From NCBI GenBank assembly GCA_963733455.1, contig CAVTDE010000003.1, forward strand, positions 449,154-513,153: a DNA stretch of 64,000 nucleotides, read 5' to 3'. Positions 29,001-39,176 of the stretch are shown here, one piece after another (position 1 is the first letter of the stretch; each line of letters starts with the position of its first letter). The notes under the pieces were generated by a model that searched no databases, was not told where the DNA came from, and was given only the letters and a program-made list of their open reading frames with translations. The DNA is from an uncultured Bacteroidales bacterium. Lineage in GTDB: Bacteria; Bacteroidota; Bacteroidia; Bacteroidales; VadinHA17. The position numbers were made by a program, and so were the translations under genes.

Positions 29001-30512
29001 AATTTCACAGCTTCCGAATCGGCCGACGGAACTCAGGTGAGCATTGAGGGAAGAATACCGAAGAAGCGCAATCCGTTCACTGTAACAGGTGAATACATGC
29101 TTCGTGCATTGATGGGAGTAAGATCCGTCAGTTTGACATATACCTCAGGCGAGGGTCAATTCCTGCCCGGCTTCCTGCCTGAAGCGAGATTTCTCGGGAT
29201 GGCACGAACAAATAATATTTCAGCCCCGGGGTTGCCATTTATTCTTGGCTTAAGCAACCATAATTTCTTCAGCAGGGCTGTGGAAAACGGCTGGATCACA
29301 TCCGACACCCTGCTTAATATGCCTGCGACATATACCAACAAACTAGACCTCTCCTTACGAAGCGTTGTTGAACCGTTCCCGGGCCTGAAGATCGACATCA
29401 ACGCCGACAGAAGATTTCTGAAAAATGAAAGTGCTTATTATACAGCTGATTACAATGGAAATTTCCCTGACAGCACCCGTAACAGGACAATTACAGGTAA
29501 CTTCTCAATTTCAATAATTTCGTGGGGTACTGCTTTTGAAAAGATCTCAAAAAAGAATGATTATGTCTCCCGGACATTTGAGACTTTCAAGAAAAACGCT
29601 GTCATAATCTCACAGAGAAGAGCGAGTGAGCGACAACGAATTGATCCGGGATATGATCCTGATACTGATCCTGTTACAGGACAGTTAATTGACGGAGGAT
29701 TTAAGAGCGGCTATGGAAAAACTTCTCGCGAAGTGCTAATCCCTGCATTCTATGCCGCTTATACTAAGTCAGATCCTCAAAAAGTCGACCTTGCAACCTT
29801 TCCATCCGCAATGCGCATGATGCCAAACTGGCGTCTTACTTTTGACGGATTGTCGAAATTTCAGTTTGTGCAGAGTGTTTTCAGATCCGTTAATCTGACC
29901 CATCAGTACAGGAGTATATACCAGATCGGATCATATACAACGAACCTTAATTTTATGGCCGGAGAGAACGGACTAAGCAATATAAGGGACCTGCAGAAGA
30001 ACTTTATCCAGCAATATGAAATAAATGTTGTAACCGTAAGTGAACAGTTCAGCCCGTTGATAAATGTTGATATGAACTGGAAGAGCAATCTTACATCCCG
30101 GTTTGAATGGCGTAAGTCGCGTACCGTTTCCCTTAATCTGACAAGCAACCAGATCTCAGACTACCGGATCAACGAGCTCGTCTTTGGTGCCGGTTACAGG
30201 TTTGATAATGTTCAGATCATCCTCAAAACCGCCAACGGCCAGAAGGCTTTGAAAAGCGACCTGAATATAAGGCTGGATCTTTCGATCAGGGACAATAAAA
30301 CTATTGCCAGGAAACTGATAGAAGATGTAAACCAGCCTGTTGCAGGAATAAAAGTGTTCACTGTAGGTGCCACCGCCGACTATGTATTAAGCGACAGATT
30401 CAATCTTCAGTTTTTTGCAGATCATACTATGAACAATCCTTTCGTTGCCAATACTTTTCCGACTTCAAATACCAACTTTGGGTTCAGCCTTAAATTCACA
30501 CTCGTTCAGTAA
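23073..30512 (+). CDS. sprA: Cell-surface protein SprA (type IX secretion system translocon)
   Basis: 2479-aa ORF with a signal peptide. Its length and characteristic segments are typical of Bacteroidota SprA. There is no in-frame ATG near the 5' end, so the TTG at 23073 (19 bp after ruvA) is the most likely start. Confidence 0.93.
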   Translation: MGSEISHKNLLNISCFVIFVSLFLWSARASGQVPNQTTVTDTARKSPLKLKDVSGIPWESAPKAPLFLDNPSNIKSTVVYDPVKNEYIIYQKVGMFDYRTPVHMTPEEFRKYQYNKEMRDYWQSRISGRESGFKSSLIPQIEVGGAAFDKIFGSNVINIVPQGSAELIFGINISRTQNPALSEKLRTIPTFDFKEKIQMNVTGTIGDKMQLGVNYNTDAMFEFENRTKLQYSGKEDEIVKKVEAGDVTLPLTGTLITGSYSLFGLKTEMQFGKLNMTTVLSQQKGESSVIEVKGGAQISEFELYADDYEANRHFFLSQYFRDIYDDALKNLPAVSSGVSIQRIEVWITNKTSSFDETRNIVTFADLAENASHVYNKIPAFQAPFGGIKNPDNNTNRLYQEVVTNYSTLRDVDQVTTAFNSLYPGFQIGRDFEKIENARKLNDREYTLNSQLGYISLNTALNTDEVLAVAFEYTLNGQVYKVGEFSTDGITAPQTLILKLLKGTTLSPKYPTWNLMMKNVYSLGSGKLESNNFQLNILYEDDKTGNSINYLPEGKLGNKILLQVLGLDNLNSQLDHESDGYFDFIDGVTVNMSRGKIIFPVVEPFGSYLRKQIGDPIIANKYVFQELYDSTQTLARQMAEKNKFKMMGQYTSESGSEIRLNATNIPQGAVKVTAGGVTLVENTDYTVDYNLGTVTIINSALIESQTPIQVSLESNQFFGFQTKTLLGTHLDYKFSNNFNIGGTILHLNERPYTQKVNFGEEPISNTIWGLNTSYRGESQLLTKLLDKIPLLETKTPSSISFNGEFADLIPGHSRAISNAGNSYIDDFESSEIPLDLKSFNAWSVSSVPQGQDQLFPEARLNNNLNAGNNRAKLNWYVIDPLFLRNGSSTPGYIKADPNLQSSHFVREIYENEIFPNRESTSGIPTTISVLNVAFYPGEKGPYNFDSEPGPLSRGMNADGKLNDPESRWGGIMREVLTSDFETANIQYIEFWMMDPFVENPAHQGGDLYFNLGNISEDILRDSRKSFENGLPNSALVTNVDTTSWGRVPTVQSVVHAFDNNNESRQFQDVGLDGLMDTDEQTFFSDYLQKSALITTPQVYNKILEDPASDDFHYFRGSDYDNEQLGILDRYKNYNGLEGNSPTAEMSSESYPTTGSTLPDMEDINRDNTLSETESYYQYKVSLRPQNMVVGSNFIVDEIEHEATLANGDKSKVKWYQFKIPITEYQKTVGVISDFKSIRFMRMFLKDFSEPVIMRFAELNLVRAEWRKYNIAFMEGGERITIPEPTDGSFGISSVSIEENAGKDPVNYVLPPGFDRIVDPQNPQLRQLNEQSMVLKVQDLADGDARAAYRNVNLDLRQYRSLKMEVHAEALIGQPLYDNELTAFIRIGTDYKSNFYEYEVPLKLTPPKPPEGYDNKSDVSRAIVWPEANRFNIILSVLQDAKKERNRRMQEPGTSLSLSDVFAFASDSNKVYVCGNPNLSNIKVIMVGIRNPIKTRNRGFDTGDPKSGEVWVNELRLSDFIENGGWAANAHLQARLADLGTVDIVGQASTPGWGSIDKKVNERSKEEVLKYDISSSMELGKFFPEELGVRLPVYVGYSETRIKPQFNPLDPDIKLKEALNEAPTKQARDSLKSISEDYSRRKTISVNNAGITKRGEKARAWDLANFSVNYTYNENYRSNTRTEIDLEKNYKGGINYNYEAQPANIMPFKNVKFLNSPIFRIIKDFNFYAFPKSISFRTDMSRYYNEVKTRNINNPYLLIRPTFRKDMEWTRMFDIKYDVTRQLKIDFTSTNIARIDEPEGGVDKKRYRSDYDNWRDSVLTNLKNFGRTTSYNHYFNVTYNLPVNKLPMLSWVNANARFGSDYSWIAGALYPDSMNINLGNTIKNHNELTFSAMANLSTLYTKSRFLKNVENNTRPDAVQRMKTEFRTVNFNRSNVNFKANIVRGLNHNLRTKDVKVKILKKDGTELQGKLDIVSDNRVNFTASESADGTQVSIEGRIPKKRNPFTVTGEYMLRALMGVRSVSLTYTSGEGQFLPGFLPEARFLGMARTNNISAPGLPFILGLSNHNFFSRAVENGWITSDTLLNMPATYTNKLDLSLRSVVEPFPGLKIDINADRRFLKNESAYYTADYNGNFPDSTRNRTITGNFSISIISWGTAFEKISKKNDYVSRTFETFKKNAVIISQRRASERQRIDPGYDPDTDPVTGQLIDGGFKSGYGKTSREVLIPAFYAAYTKSDPQKVDLATFPSAMRMMPNWRLTFDGLSKFQFVQSVFRSVNLTHQYRSIYQIGSYTTNLNFMAGENGLSNIRDLQKNFIQQYEINVVTVSEQFSPLINVDMNWKSNLTSRFEWRKSRTVSLNLTSNQISDYRINELVFGAGYRFDNVQIILKTANGQKALKSDLNIRLDLSIRDNKTIARKLIEDVNQPVAGIKVFTVGATADYVLSDRFNLQFFADHTMNNPFVANTFPTSNTNFGFSLKFTLVQ

Positions 30513-30706
30513 ACTTTCTTATTGTAATTTTTCCTGATATTTCAGAAAACGTTTGAAACAAAGTCTTCCTGATTCTTTAGTGCAAAATCAGCGAATCTCT
30601 GTGAAAATAAATGATATACGCGATTCAGCGATTCGATTTTTTACACTATTTTTGGGCCTGTTCCCTGGCCGTTATCTGAGTTATATCTATTTAACAATAT
30701 AACCTT

Positions 30707-32222
30707 ATGAAAAAATCAAAACCGCACCTGACCTTCTGGCAGATATGGAATATGAGTTTTGGATTTTTAGGTATCCAGTTTGGTTTTGCACTACAGAATG
30801 CAAATGTGAGCAGGATCTTTGAAACGCTGGGCGCAAAAGTTGAGAACATACCTATCCTTTGGATTGCTGCACCGGTAACCGGACTTATAATTCAGCCCAT
30901 AATCGGACACATGAGTGATAACACATGGAACAGGCTTGGCCGCAGGCGTCCCTATTTTCTTACCGGCGCTATTCTTGCATCACTTGCCCTTATAATTATG
31001 CCCAACTCTCCCGTACTCTGGATCGCTGCCGGAATGCTCTGGATTATGGATGCATCAATTAACATTTCAATGGAACCCTTCAGGGCATTTGTAGGGGATA
31101 TGCTGCCATCAGAACAGAGAACCACAGGTTTTGCCACACAGAGCTTCTTTATTGGCACCGGGGCGGTTGTCGCATCTCTGTTACCGTATATTCTTACAAA
31201 CCTTTTTAACGTTCAGAATACTGCTCCGGCGGGTCAGATACCTCTCTCGGTAAAACTTTCATTTTATATCGGGGGGATTGTCTTTATCTCAGCTGTGCTT
31301 TGGACTATAATCAGGACCAAAGAGTATTCACCTGAACAGCTCAGGGAATTCTCCGAACAGGCAAACGAAGCAGATGAGGAAGATATGAACGGCGTCAAGT
31401 CGCTTGGCAGCAAAGCTTTTATAAGAAGAGGCATTTACTGGATGCTCCTGGGCATTGCTATAAGTGTGGTGTTAAGTTATTTTACGGTACAAAAGGAATT
31501 ATTTATATCTTTCAGTCGGAATTGCAGCTTTCGGTCTTATTCAGGTTATAACCGGTAGCCTGATTGCAGGCGGGAAAACAAAAAATGGCGTTGTGGTAGT
31601 ACTTCGCGATTTGTTCATGATGCCTAAAACGATGAGTCAGCTGGCAGTAGTTCAGTTTTTTACATGGTTCGCCCTCTTTTCAATGTGGATCTATACAACC
31701 TCGGCGGTTACAAGTACCGTATTTGACACAAAGGACCCTACCAGTGAGCTTTATAACCAGGGAGCAAACTGGGTTGGAGTGTTATTTGCAGTTTACAACG
31801 GATTTGCTGCGGTTGTCGCTTTCCTCCTGCCCGTTATCGCAAGGCATAGCAATCGTCGTATAACACATGCAATAAGTCTTGTTGCCGGAGGGCTGGGACT
31901 TATATCAATAATAATTTTTAAGAATCAGTATCTGCTTCTTTTATCGATGCTTGGAGTAGGTCTGGCATGGGCAAGCATTCTTTCAATGCCATATGCTATA
32001 CTGACCGGATCGCTGCCGGCCAGAAAAATGGGCACTTATATGGGAATATTTAATTTTTTCATTGTTATTCCGCAGATACTTGCAGCCAGCATACTTGGTT
32101 TCTTCGTCAAGGGTCTGTTTGGAGGGGAAAGCATTTATGCCCTTGTGACCGGCGGTGTGTCGATGTTTATTGCAGCTGTTCTTGTTCTTTTTGTCAATGA
32201 TGTTGATGATGTAAAGAAGTAG
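30707..32222 (+). pseudogene. MFS / SLC45-like (GPH-related) sugar:H+ symporter, probably a maltose transporter, interrupted by one +1 frameshift
   Basis: 12-TM pattern with the GHMSDNTWNRLGRRRPY signature. ORFs 30707-31558 and 31593-32222 join if one A is dropped from the A4 run at 31491-31494. The frame-0 continuation YLYLSVGIAAFGLIQVITG is a TM helix. Confidence 0.85.
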
Positions 32223-32228
32223 GTTCCG

Positions 32229-32912
32229 ATGATTACACAAGCATGCATTTTTGATCTTGACGGGGTGATCGTTGATACAGCCAGATATCATTTTCTTGCC
32301 TGGAAAAGGCTCGCTGTCCTGTTGCAAATTCATTTCACCAAATCAGATAATGAGCGGCTCAAGGGAGTCAGCAGGATGGATTCGCTGGATATTATTCTTG
32401 AAATAGGAAGGACAAACCTCAGCGATGATCTGAAAAAAGAATATGCCACCCTCAAAAACCAATGGTACATAGACTATATAAATAAGATGACCCCGGACGA
32501 GATCCTTCCTGGCGCTCTTAAATTCATTAAGGAAGTTAAAAGCGCCGGGATAAGGGTGGCTGTAGGGTCAGCCAGCAGAAATACACCTCTGATACTCAGG
32601 CGAACAGGTTTGGAAACGATCTTTGATGCAGTTGCTGACGGGAATGTTGTCAGCAAAACCAAACCCGACCCGGAGGTTTTTATAAAAGCATCAGAAATGC
32701 TCGGGGTCGACCCGTGGAGATGTGTTGTTTTTGAAGATGCTGTTGCTGGTGTTCAGGCGGCGCTGAATGCAGAGATGATGTGTGTGGGTATCGGCTCAAA
32801 ATATGTACTGACCGATGCTCATTATGTCATTTCGGGATTAGATAAAATGAATCTGAAGAAGTTGGAGAAAGTTGAAAAATTATCGGATCATGAACAGTTT
32901 TTACAAAAATAA
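32229..32912 (+). CDS. pgmB: Beta-phosphoglucomutase
   Basis: HAD motifs FDLDGVIVDT, GSASRN and VFEDAVAGVQAA. It lies next to the GH65 phosphorylase gene. Confidence 0.9.
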   Translation: MITQACIFDLDGVIVDTARYHFLAWKRLAVLLQIHFTKSDNERLKGVSRMDSLDIILEIGRTNLSDDLKKEYATLKNQWYIDYINKMTPDEILPGALKFIKEVKSAGIRVAVGSASRNTPLILRRTGLETIFDAVADGNVVSKTKPDPEVFIKASEMLGVDPWRCVVFEDAVAGVQAALNAEMMCVGIGSKYVLTDAHYVISGLDKMNLKKLEKVEKLSDHEQFLQK

Positions 32913-35199
32913 TGATTGGCTTATAATTGAGGAAGAATTCCACCCCGGCCGGAACAGGGAATCCGAAAGTATATTTTCGCTCGGGAATGGCTATATGGGG
33001 CAGAGGGCAAATTTTGAGGAACATTACTCAGGCGACTCTCTGCGGGGCAGCTATATTGCCGGAGTCTACTATCCCGATAAGACACGCGTCGGATGGTGGA
33101 AAAACGGGTATCCTGAATATTTCGCAAAAGTTCTGAACGCGCCCAGTTGGATTGGTATAGATGTTTCTATTGATGGGATACTAGTTGACCTTGCCTCGGC
33201 AAAGATCAACTCTTTCAGGAGGATCCTCAATATGAAGGAAGGTTACCTGGAAAGGTGCTTCAGCCTGACAGTTAAAGGAAACGGGTCACTTGAGTTTTGC
33301 TCTCAAAGATTCCTCAGCATGTCGGAACCCGATGCAGGAGTAATAAGGTACTCGGTCAAATCCGTTGATTTCAAAGGGCTAATCGGTTTCAATGTTTATA
33401 TTGATGCTGATGTCAGGAATGAAGACGCCAATTATGGCAAGAAATTCTGGAAAGAAGTTAAAAGGGAAGTGTCTGAAGGAGAAGGCGTAATCATTGCCAG
33501 AACAATGAAGACCGATTTTCATGTTGCGACAGGAATGAGCTTTGAACTCCTTAAGAATAAGAAAAAAGTTGTTTTTAAGCCATCGGTTACCGACCGTGAA
33601 AAATATATTTCAAACAGTTTCTCAGAGAAGATAGGACCGGGAGATGAACTTACAGTGTTGAAATATGTTTCTGTACTTTCTTCATTGAATATTTCTAAAG
33701 ATGATCTGATGCAGGAAGCTAAGAAGCGGCTGCAGGAAATAGCATCTAAAGGATTCGACAGATTATTTTCGGATCATATAAAGGAATGGGCCCGGATCTG
33801 GAGTGCTTCTGACATCACTATCGAGGGAGATGTGGCTGCACAGCAGGCTATCAGGTTTAATATCTTTCAACTGAACCAAACCTATACCGGTAAAGATGAA
33901 CGTCTTAACATAGGTCCGAAGGGTTTTACAGGTGAAAAATATGGAGGCAGCACGTACTGGGATACCGAAGCTTTTGCCCTTCCATTCTTTCTAAAGACAG
34001 CTGATCAGAAAGTTGCAAAAAACCTTCTGCTGTACAGGTATAAACACCTCGGTCAAAGCATTAAAAATGCAGCGAAACTCGGTTTTAAGAACGGCGCTGC
34101 TCTCTATCCAATGGTTACAATAAATGGGGAAGAGTGCCATAATGAATGGGAAATAACATTTGAAGAGATCCATAGGAACGGCGCGATAGCCTATGCTATA
34201 TACAACTATATAAAGCACACGGGCGATGCAACGTACATGGCAGATTACGGGCTTGAGGTTCTTATAGGGATTTCAAGATTCTGGAGTCAGAGGGCAACAT
34301 GGTCGGAAAACAAAAAGAAATACATGATCCTTGGAGTTACCGGACCAAATGAATATGAAAATAATGTTAATAACAACTGGTATACCAATACAGTGGCCGC
34401 CTGGACGTTGCATTATACATTAAGCAATTTGCTTATCGTTGAAAAAAAGGCTCCGGCAAAGTTTAAAAACATCATTGAAAAGACCGGATTGGATTATGCG
34501 GAGGAGACAGGGCGCTGGCAGGAAATAATAGATAATATGCATTTACCCTTTGATGAGGAAAGAAATGTCTTTCTTCAGCAGGATGGTTTCCTCGACAAAG
34601 AGCTTATACCTGCTGAAAAAATACCAGCCAATGAGCGGCCGATAAACCAGAACTGGTCATGGGACAGGATCCTCAGGTCCTGCTATATAAAGCAGGCCGA
34701 TGTGCTGCATGGCATATATGTTTTTGAGAACAGATACGACGTTGCTACCATTAAAAGGAACTTCGATTTCTATGAGACGATCACTGTTCACGAGTCATCG
34801 CTGTCGGCTTGTATCCATTCTATCCTGGCTTCGAAGATAGGCAATATTGTAAAGGCATATGAGCTTTATCTCCGGACAGCGCGCCTCGACCTCGATGACT
34901 ATAATAACGAAGTGGGAGAAGGTCTGCATATTACAAGTATGGCAGGTACCTGGCTTGCAATTGTGGAAGGATTTGGTGGAATGAGGGTGGATGACGACAT
35001 TGTAAGGCTTCAACCTTTGATCCCCGCCCAGTGGAAATCCTATTCATTTCATGCACGTTTCCGCGGCGTCCTTTTCGAAGTAACCGTAAATCATAATGAA
35101 GTTAAAATTAAAAATCAGTCGAATAAGGAACTGAAGATAATAATGTCAGGAAATGAATACCTGATCCGGGGTTCGGAACTGGTGGTAATTAAAACATAA
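32890..35199 (+). CDS. Glycoside hydrolase family 65 phosphorylase (maltose phosphorylase-like)
   Basis: About 769 aa with FSLGNGYMGQRANFEE, GPKGFTGEKYGGSTYWDTE and HESSLS segments typical of GH65. ATG 32890 is preferred over the TTG at 32872. Confidence 0.9.
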   Translation: MNSFYKNNDWLIIEEEFHPGRNRESESIFSLGNGYMGQRANFEEHYSGDSLRGSYIAGVYYPDKTRVGWWKNGYPEYFAKVLNAPSWIGIDVSIDGILVDLASAKINSFRRILNMKEGYLERCFSLTVKGNGSLEFCSQRFLSMSEPDAGVIRYSVKSVDFKGLIGFNVYIDADVRNEDANYGKKFWKEVKREVSEGEGVIIARTMKTDFHVATGMSFELLKNKKKVVFKPSVTDREKYISNSFSEKIGPGDELTVLKYVSVLSSLNISKDDLMQEAKKRLQEIASKGFDRLFSDHIKEWARIWSASDITIEGDVAAQQAIRFNIFQLNQTYTGKDERLNIGPKGFTGEKYGGSTYWDTEAFALPFFLKTADQKVAKNLLLYRYKHLGQSIKNAAKLGFKNGAALYPMVTINGEECHNEWEITFEEIHRNGAIAYAIYNYIKHTGDATYMADYGLEVLIGISRFWSQRATWSENKKKYMILGVTGPNEYENNVNNNWYTNTVAAWTLHYTLSNLLIVEKKAPAKFKNIIEKTGLDYAEETGRWQEIIDNMHLPFDEERNVFLQQDGFLDKELIPAEKIPANERPINQNWSWDRILRSCYIKQADVLHGIYVFENRYDVATIKRNFDFYETITVHESSLSACIHSILASKIGNIVKAYELYLRTARLDLDDYNNEVGEGLHITSMAGTWLAIVEGFGGMRVDDDIVRLQPLIPAQWKSYSFHARFRGVLFEVTVNHNEVKIKNQSNKELKIIMSGNEYLIRGSELVVIKT

Positions 35200-35225
35200 T
35201 ATCAAATTCAAACTATAGGAATAAT

Positions 35226-36606
35226 ATGGAAAAACTTAATGCAGTTCTGTTAATATCTCTGCTGGTAATAGTAACCACCATTGCCGGTTGTTCTCTATTT
35301 GGCAGGAAAAAGGCTGTAAAACCTTTTGTAAGCGAAGTTAAACATCCTGAATGGTCAAAGGATGCTGTCCTCTATGAGGTAAATGTAAGACAATACACGC
35401 CTGAGGGCACGTTTAAGGCTTTTGAAGAACACCTTCCCCGGCTGAAAGCCCTTGGCATTGATGTTCTATGGTTTATGCCCATATATCCGATTGGTATTTT
35501 GAACAGGAAAGAACCTCTTGGCAGTTATTATTCGGTAAAGGATTATCTTAACGTGAATCCCGAATTCGGGACTCTTGACGATTTTAAAGAGGTTATTGAT
35601 AAAGCGCATGAGCTGGGTATGCGAATAATGCTCGACTGGGTTCCGAACCATACTTCATGGGATAATCCGCTTACGGTTGAGCATCCCGAGTGGTATGTAA
35701 AAGACTCACTTGGAAGATTTACTCCCCCAAAAGGGACCAACTGGACAGATGTAATTCAGCTCGACTGGTCGCAAAAAGGGTTACAGGATTATACGATAGA
35801 TGCACTTAAGTTCTGGGTTAATTCAGGAGCCGACGGATTCAGGGTCGACCATCCGCATAATACGCCTAAGGAGTTCTGGGAAAGGGCAAGGGTTGAACTT
35901 GATAAGATCAAGCCTGTACTGATGCTTGCAGAACATGAAAGTCCGGGATCGTTCCTTGAGAAAGGTTTTGATATGAATTATTCATGGGAACTTTATCACC
36001 TGATGGTCGGTATAGCTCAGGGCAGGGATAGTGTCAAAACTGTTCACAAGTATTTTACAAAGGAACTTGCCACATACCCGGATAATGTTTACAGACTGAT
36101 GTTTCTGACAAACCATGATGAAAACTCGTGGGGAGGGACTATCGATTCATTGATGGGGAATTACCAGAAAGCTTATGCCACCCTTATTTTCACAGCCAGA
36201 GGAGTACCTCTTCTCTACAGTGGTCAGGAAGATTGTCTTAATAAAAAACTTAAGTTTTTTATTAAGGACTCAATAAAATGGGAGAGATGCGACATGACAG
36301 GCTTTTATGAAAATCTCATAAAGCTTAAAACCGCGAATGAAGCCCTCTGGAATGGTAATTTCGGAGGAACGATGAACCTTATTAAAACAAATAAAGATAA
36401 AAAGGTGCTTGCTTACTCAAGGGAAAGGGGGGACAACAGGGTTCTTGTTTTTTTGAACCTGACAAAGAAGGATGTTGATTTGAAGTCTATGTCTGAAGGG
36501 TTATGAGGGTGAGTACACCGACTATTTTGCGGGGACCAAAACCACTCTGCCGGCAAAAGCAGAACTCAGACTGGAACCGTGGGGATTCAGGGTTTATGTA
36601 AGATAA
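35226..36606 (+). pseudogene. GH13 alpha-amylase-family lipoprotein, with the C-terminal 36 codons displaced by a +1 frameshift
   Basis: Lipobox IAGC, and GH13 regions DWVPNHTS, GFRVDHP, LAEHE and LTNHDE. The track ORF stops at 36506. Removing one G from GGG 36498-36500 continues as ...SEGYEGEYTDYFAGTKTTLPAKAELRLEPWGFRVYVR* (stop 36604-36606), a typical amylase C-terminal beta-sandwich ending. Confidence 0.85.
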
Positions 36607-36699
36607 AGGCGTTAGGGCCCAACGGCGTAACGGCACAACGGCGTAACGGCAAACGGCGCAACGGCGAAACGGCGTAAAGGTGCAACGGCGCAACGGGAT
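36605..36699. repeat. Tandem octamer array AACGGCNN (10 clear units plus 2 degenerate leading units)
   Basis: aacggcgt aacggcac aacggcgt aacggca aacggcgc aacggcga aacggcgt aaaggtgc aacggcgc aacgggat, from 36621. It lies in the intergenic space between the two GH13 genes. Confidence 0.95.
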
Positions 36700-36785
36700 G
36701 TTTATAGCTCCCCTTTTAGGAGAGACTAGCAGTGGGTTCATGAGGACAGTAACGATAAAAAAGACATAATTAAAATATTTTCCCA

Positions 36786-38633
36786 ATGAGAAATTTCCTA
36801 CAGCAAATTGCCGTATTAATACTGATAACGACCCTCGGCAGTGCAGTTGTGGCTCAAAAAATCGAAAGGATTGAACCGCCTTCATGGTTCACCGGAATGA
36901 AGGAAACCGCCTTGCAGATTATGGTTTATGGAAAAGAGATAGGTTCATTTGATGTGACAGCCAATTACCCCGGAGTTAATATCACAACTCTAGTTAAAAC
37001 CGGTAATCCGAACTACCTGTTTGTCAATCTTGACATTAGCCGGGAAACAGTTCCCGGAAGTGTTACACTCACCTTTACCCGGGGAAAACAAAAAATGACA
37101 TACAATTATCCGCTTCTTGAACATCCGTCCGGACCGGTAAGAGGTTTTAACACCTCGGACGTGATCTATCTGTTAATGCCTGACCGCTATGCAAATGGTG
37201 ATCCTGCCAATGACAACCTTGATTCGATGCTTGAAAAAGTCAACAGAACCAATTCAAAAGGAAGGCATGGAGGTGACCTGAAAGGGATATCTGATCATCT
37301 TGACTACATTAAGGATCTGGGTGTTACAGGTATATGGATAAACCCGTTCCTTGAGAACAATCAACCATCTTCCTCTTACCATGGCTATTCAATTACCGAC
37401 CTCTACCGTGTTGATCCGAGATATGGAAGCAACGAAGAATTCAAAAACCTGGTCATGAAAGCACATGGTATGGGTTTAAAACTGGTTATGGATATGATAT
37501 TCAACCATATAGGATCAGGTCACTGGTGGATGAAGGATCTGCCTTCGAACGACTGGGTTCACCAGTTTAGCAAGTTCACCCGGACTAACTACAGGGCTTC
37601 TGCCTATATGGATCCATATGCTGCGGAATCCGACGCCGAACTAATGGAGAAAGGGTGGTTCGATGTTACTATGCCCGACCTCAATCAAAACAATCCCCTG
37701 GTAGAAACTTATCTGACACAGAACAGCCTGTGGTGGATCGCTTATTCCGGAATTGATGGAATAAGAATGGATACGTATCCCTATCCTGAAAAAAATATGA
37801 TGTCGCGATGGGCAAAAAGAGTCACGGATGAGTTTCCGGGATTCTTTATTGTAGGTGAAGTGTGGTATCAGCAGGAAGCTCCGACCGCCTACTGGTCCTT
37901 CGGCAAGATCAATAGTGACGGATACCGGTCGAACCTTCCCTCAGTTACTGATTTTCCGCTTTCGCTGGCAACACACAAAGCTTTTACTGAACCTGATAAC
38001 TGGACTGACGGACTGGCCAGACTCTACCTTGTCCTTTCACAGGATTTCCTTTATCCCGATCCTTTGCGGAACGTGATTTTCCTTGACAACCACGATATGA
38101 CAAGATTCTTTACCCAGACCGGAATGAGGCCGGAGATTTATAAGATGGCTCTCTCATTTATCCTCACAACCAGGGGTATTCCACAATTCTACTATGGTAC
38201 AGAGATAGTTATGCAGGGCGACAAAAGTCGTGGCGATGGTTACCTGCGTGAGGATTTCCCCGGCGGATGGGATGGCGACACCAAAAATGCTTTCACGGGT
38301 CAGAATCTTAATCAAACCGAAAAAGATGCCTTTACCTTTACGAAGAAGCTTTTAAACTGGAGAAAAGGGAAAGAGGTAATACATACAGGTAAGCTGAAGC
38401 AGTTTATCCCTGAGGATAACCTGTATGTTTATTTCAGGTACAACGACAGGGAGTCAGTAATGATTATTCTTAACAAAAGTGATAAAGAGTCAAAGACAAT
38501 AACGAAGCAACGTTATCTTGAAGCACTCAACCAATTCACACACGGGACGGAAATTCTAACCGGGACTGAAATAAATGATCTGACATCTTTTAAAATTGCT
38601 CCCAGGACAGCAATGATAATAGAGCTTAAATAA
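36786..38633 (+). CDS. GH13 neopullulanase/cyclomaltodextrinase-type alpha-amylase (SusA-like), secreted
   Basis: 615 aa with a signal peptide, an N-terminal cyclomaltodextrinase-type domain, and GH13 regions DMIFNHIG, GIRMDTYPY, IVGEVW and FLDNHD. Confidence 0.88.
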   Translation: MRNFLQQIAVLILITTLGSAVVAQKIERIEPPSWFTGMKETALQIMVYGKEIGSFDVTANYPGVNITTLVKTGNPNYLFVNLDISRETVPGSVTLTFTRGKQKMTYNYPLLEHPSGPVRGFNTSDVIYLLMPDRYANGDPANDNLDSMLEKVNRTNSKGRHGGDLKGISDHLDYIKDLGVTGIWINPFLENNQPSSSYHGYSITDLYRVDPRYGSNEEFKNLVMKAHGMGLKLVMDMIFNHIGSGHWWMKDLPSNDWVHQFSKFTRTNYRASAYMDPYAAESDAELMEKGWFDVTMPDLNQNNPLVETYLTQNSLWWIAYSGIDGIRMDTYPYPEKNMMSRWAKRVTDEFPGFFIVGEVWYQQEAPTAYWSFGKINSDGYRSNLPSVTDFPLSLATHKAFTEPDNWTDGLARLYLVLSQDFLYPDPLRNVIFLDNHDMTRFFTQTGMRPEIYKMALSFILTTRGIPQFYYGTEIVMQGDKSRGDGYLREDFPGGWDGDTKNAFTGQNLNQTEKDAFTFTKKLLNWRKGKEVIHTGKLKQFIPEDNLYVYFRYNDRESVMIILNKSDKESKTITKQRYLEALNQFTHGTEILTGTEINDLTSFKIAPRTAMIIELK

Positions 38634-38741
38634 GTTCTTCCTTTGTTAGCCGGAATCGAATCTCCATCCATAAGCAATGTCACAACGAATTTTGACCATT
38701 TTTAAGTTTTTCAATAATGCAGTAGAGTTAAAAAAAAGCTT

Positions 38742-38749
38742 TAATTTTG
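38742..38749 (+). promoter_or_regulatory. Candidate -7 box TAATTTTG upstream of gcvH
   Basis: TAnnTTTG match 52 bp upstream of ATG 38802. Confidence 0.4.
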
Positions 38750-38801
38750 AGTGGGATTTACAAAAGCATAACACCTAATACTAATTCAATAACCTGAAAA
38801 A

Positions 38802-39176
38802 ATGAATGTACCGGAAAACTTATTGTACACCAAAGATCATGAATGGCTTCGGATCGAGGGTGAATTCGGATATGTAGGAATAACAGATTTCGCACAGGGT
38901 GAGCTGGGAGATGTCGTTTTCGTTGAGATTGAAACCCTTGGAGAAACACTAAAGAAAGAAGACGTCTTCGGAACCATAGAAGCTGTTAAGACAGTTTCCG
39001 ATATGTTTATGCCGGTGGGAGGAGAGATCCTTGAAGTAAATACTGCACTTGACGATACACCTGAAGTGGTAAACAAGGACCCCTATGGTAAAGGATGGAT
39101 GGTTAAGATAAAAATTAATGATCCTGATGAAGCAGCAAAGCTGCTGACAGCTGAAAAATACAAGGCACTTTTATAG
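38802..39176 (+). CDS. gcvH: Glycine cleavage system protein H
   Basis: 124 aa with [25 protein letters not shown] and the lipoyl-lysine context IEAVKTVSD. Confidence 0.96.
   Translation: MNVPENLLYTKDHEWLRIEGEFGYVGITDFAQGELGDVVFVEIETLGETLKKEDVFGTIEAVKTVSDMFMPVGGEILEVNTALDDTPEVVNKDPYGKGWMVKIKINDPDEAAKLLTAEKYKALL

Noticed and set aside
36487-36885. 132-aa minus-strand ORF spanning the GH13 intergenic region
   Set aside because: Its sequence (…RRCTFTPFRRCAVCRYAVVPLRRWALTPL…) is just the translated AACGGCNN repeat. It also overlaps the frameshift-restored GH13 C-terminus and the start of the next GH13 gene.
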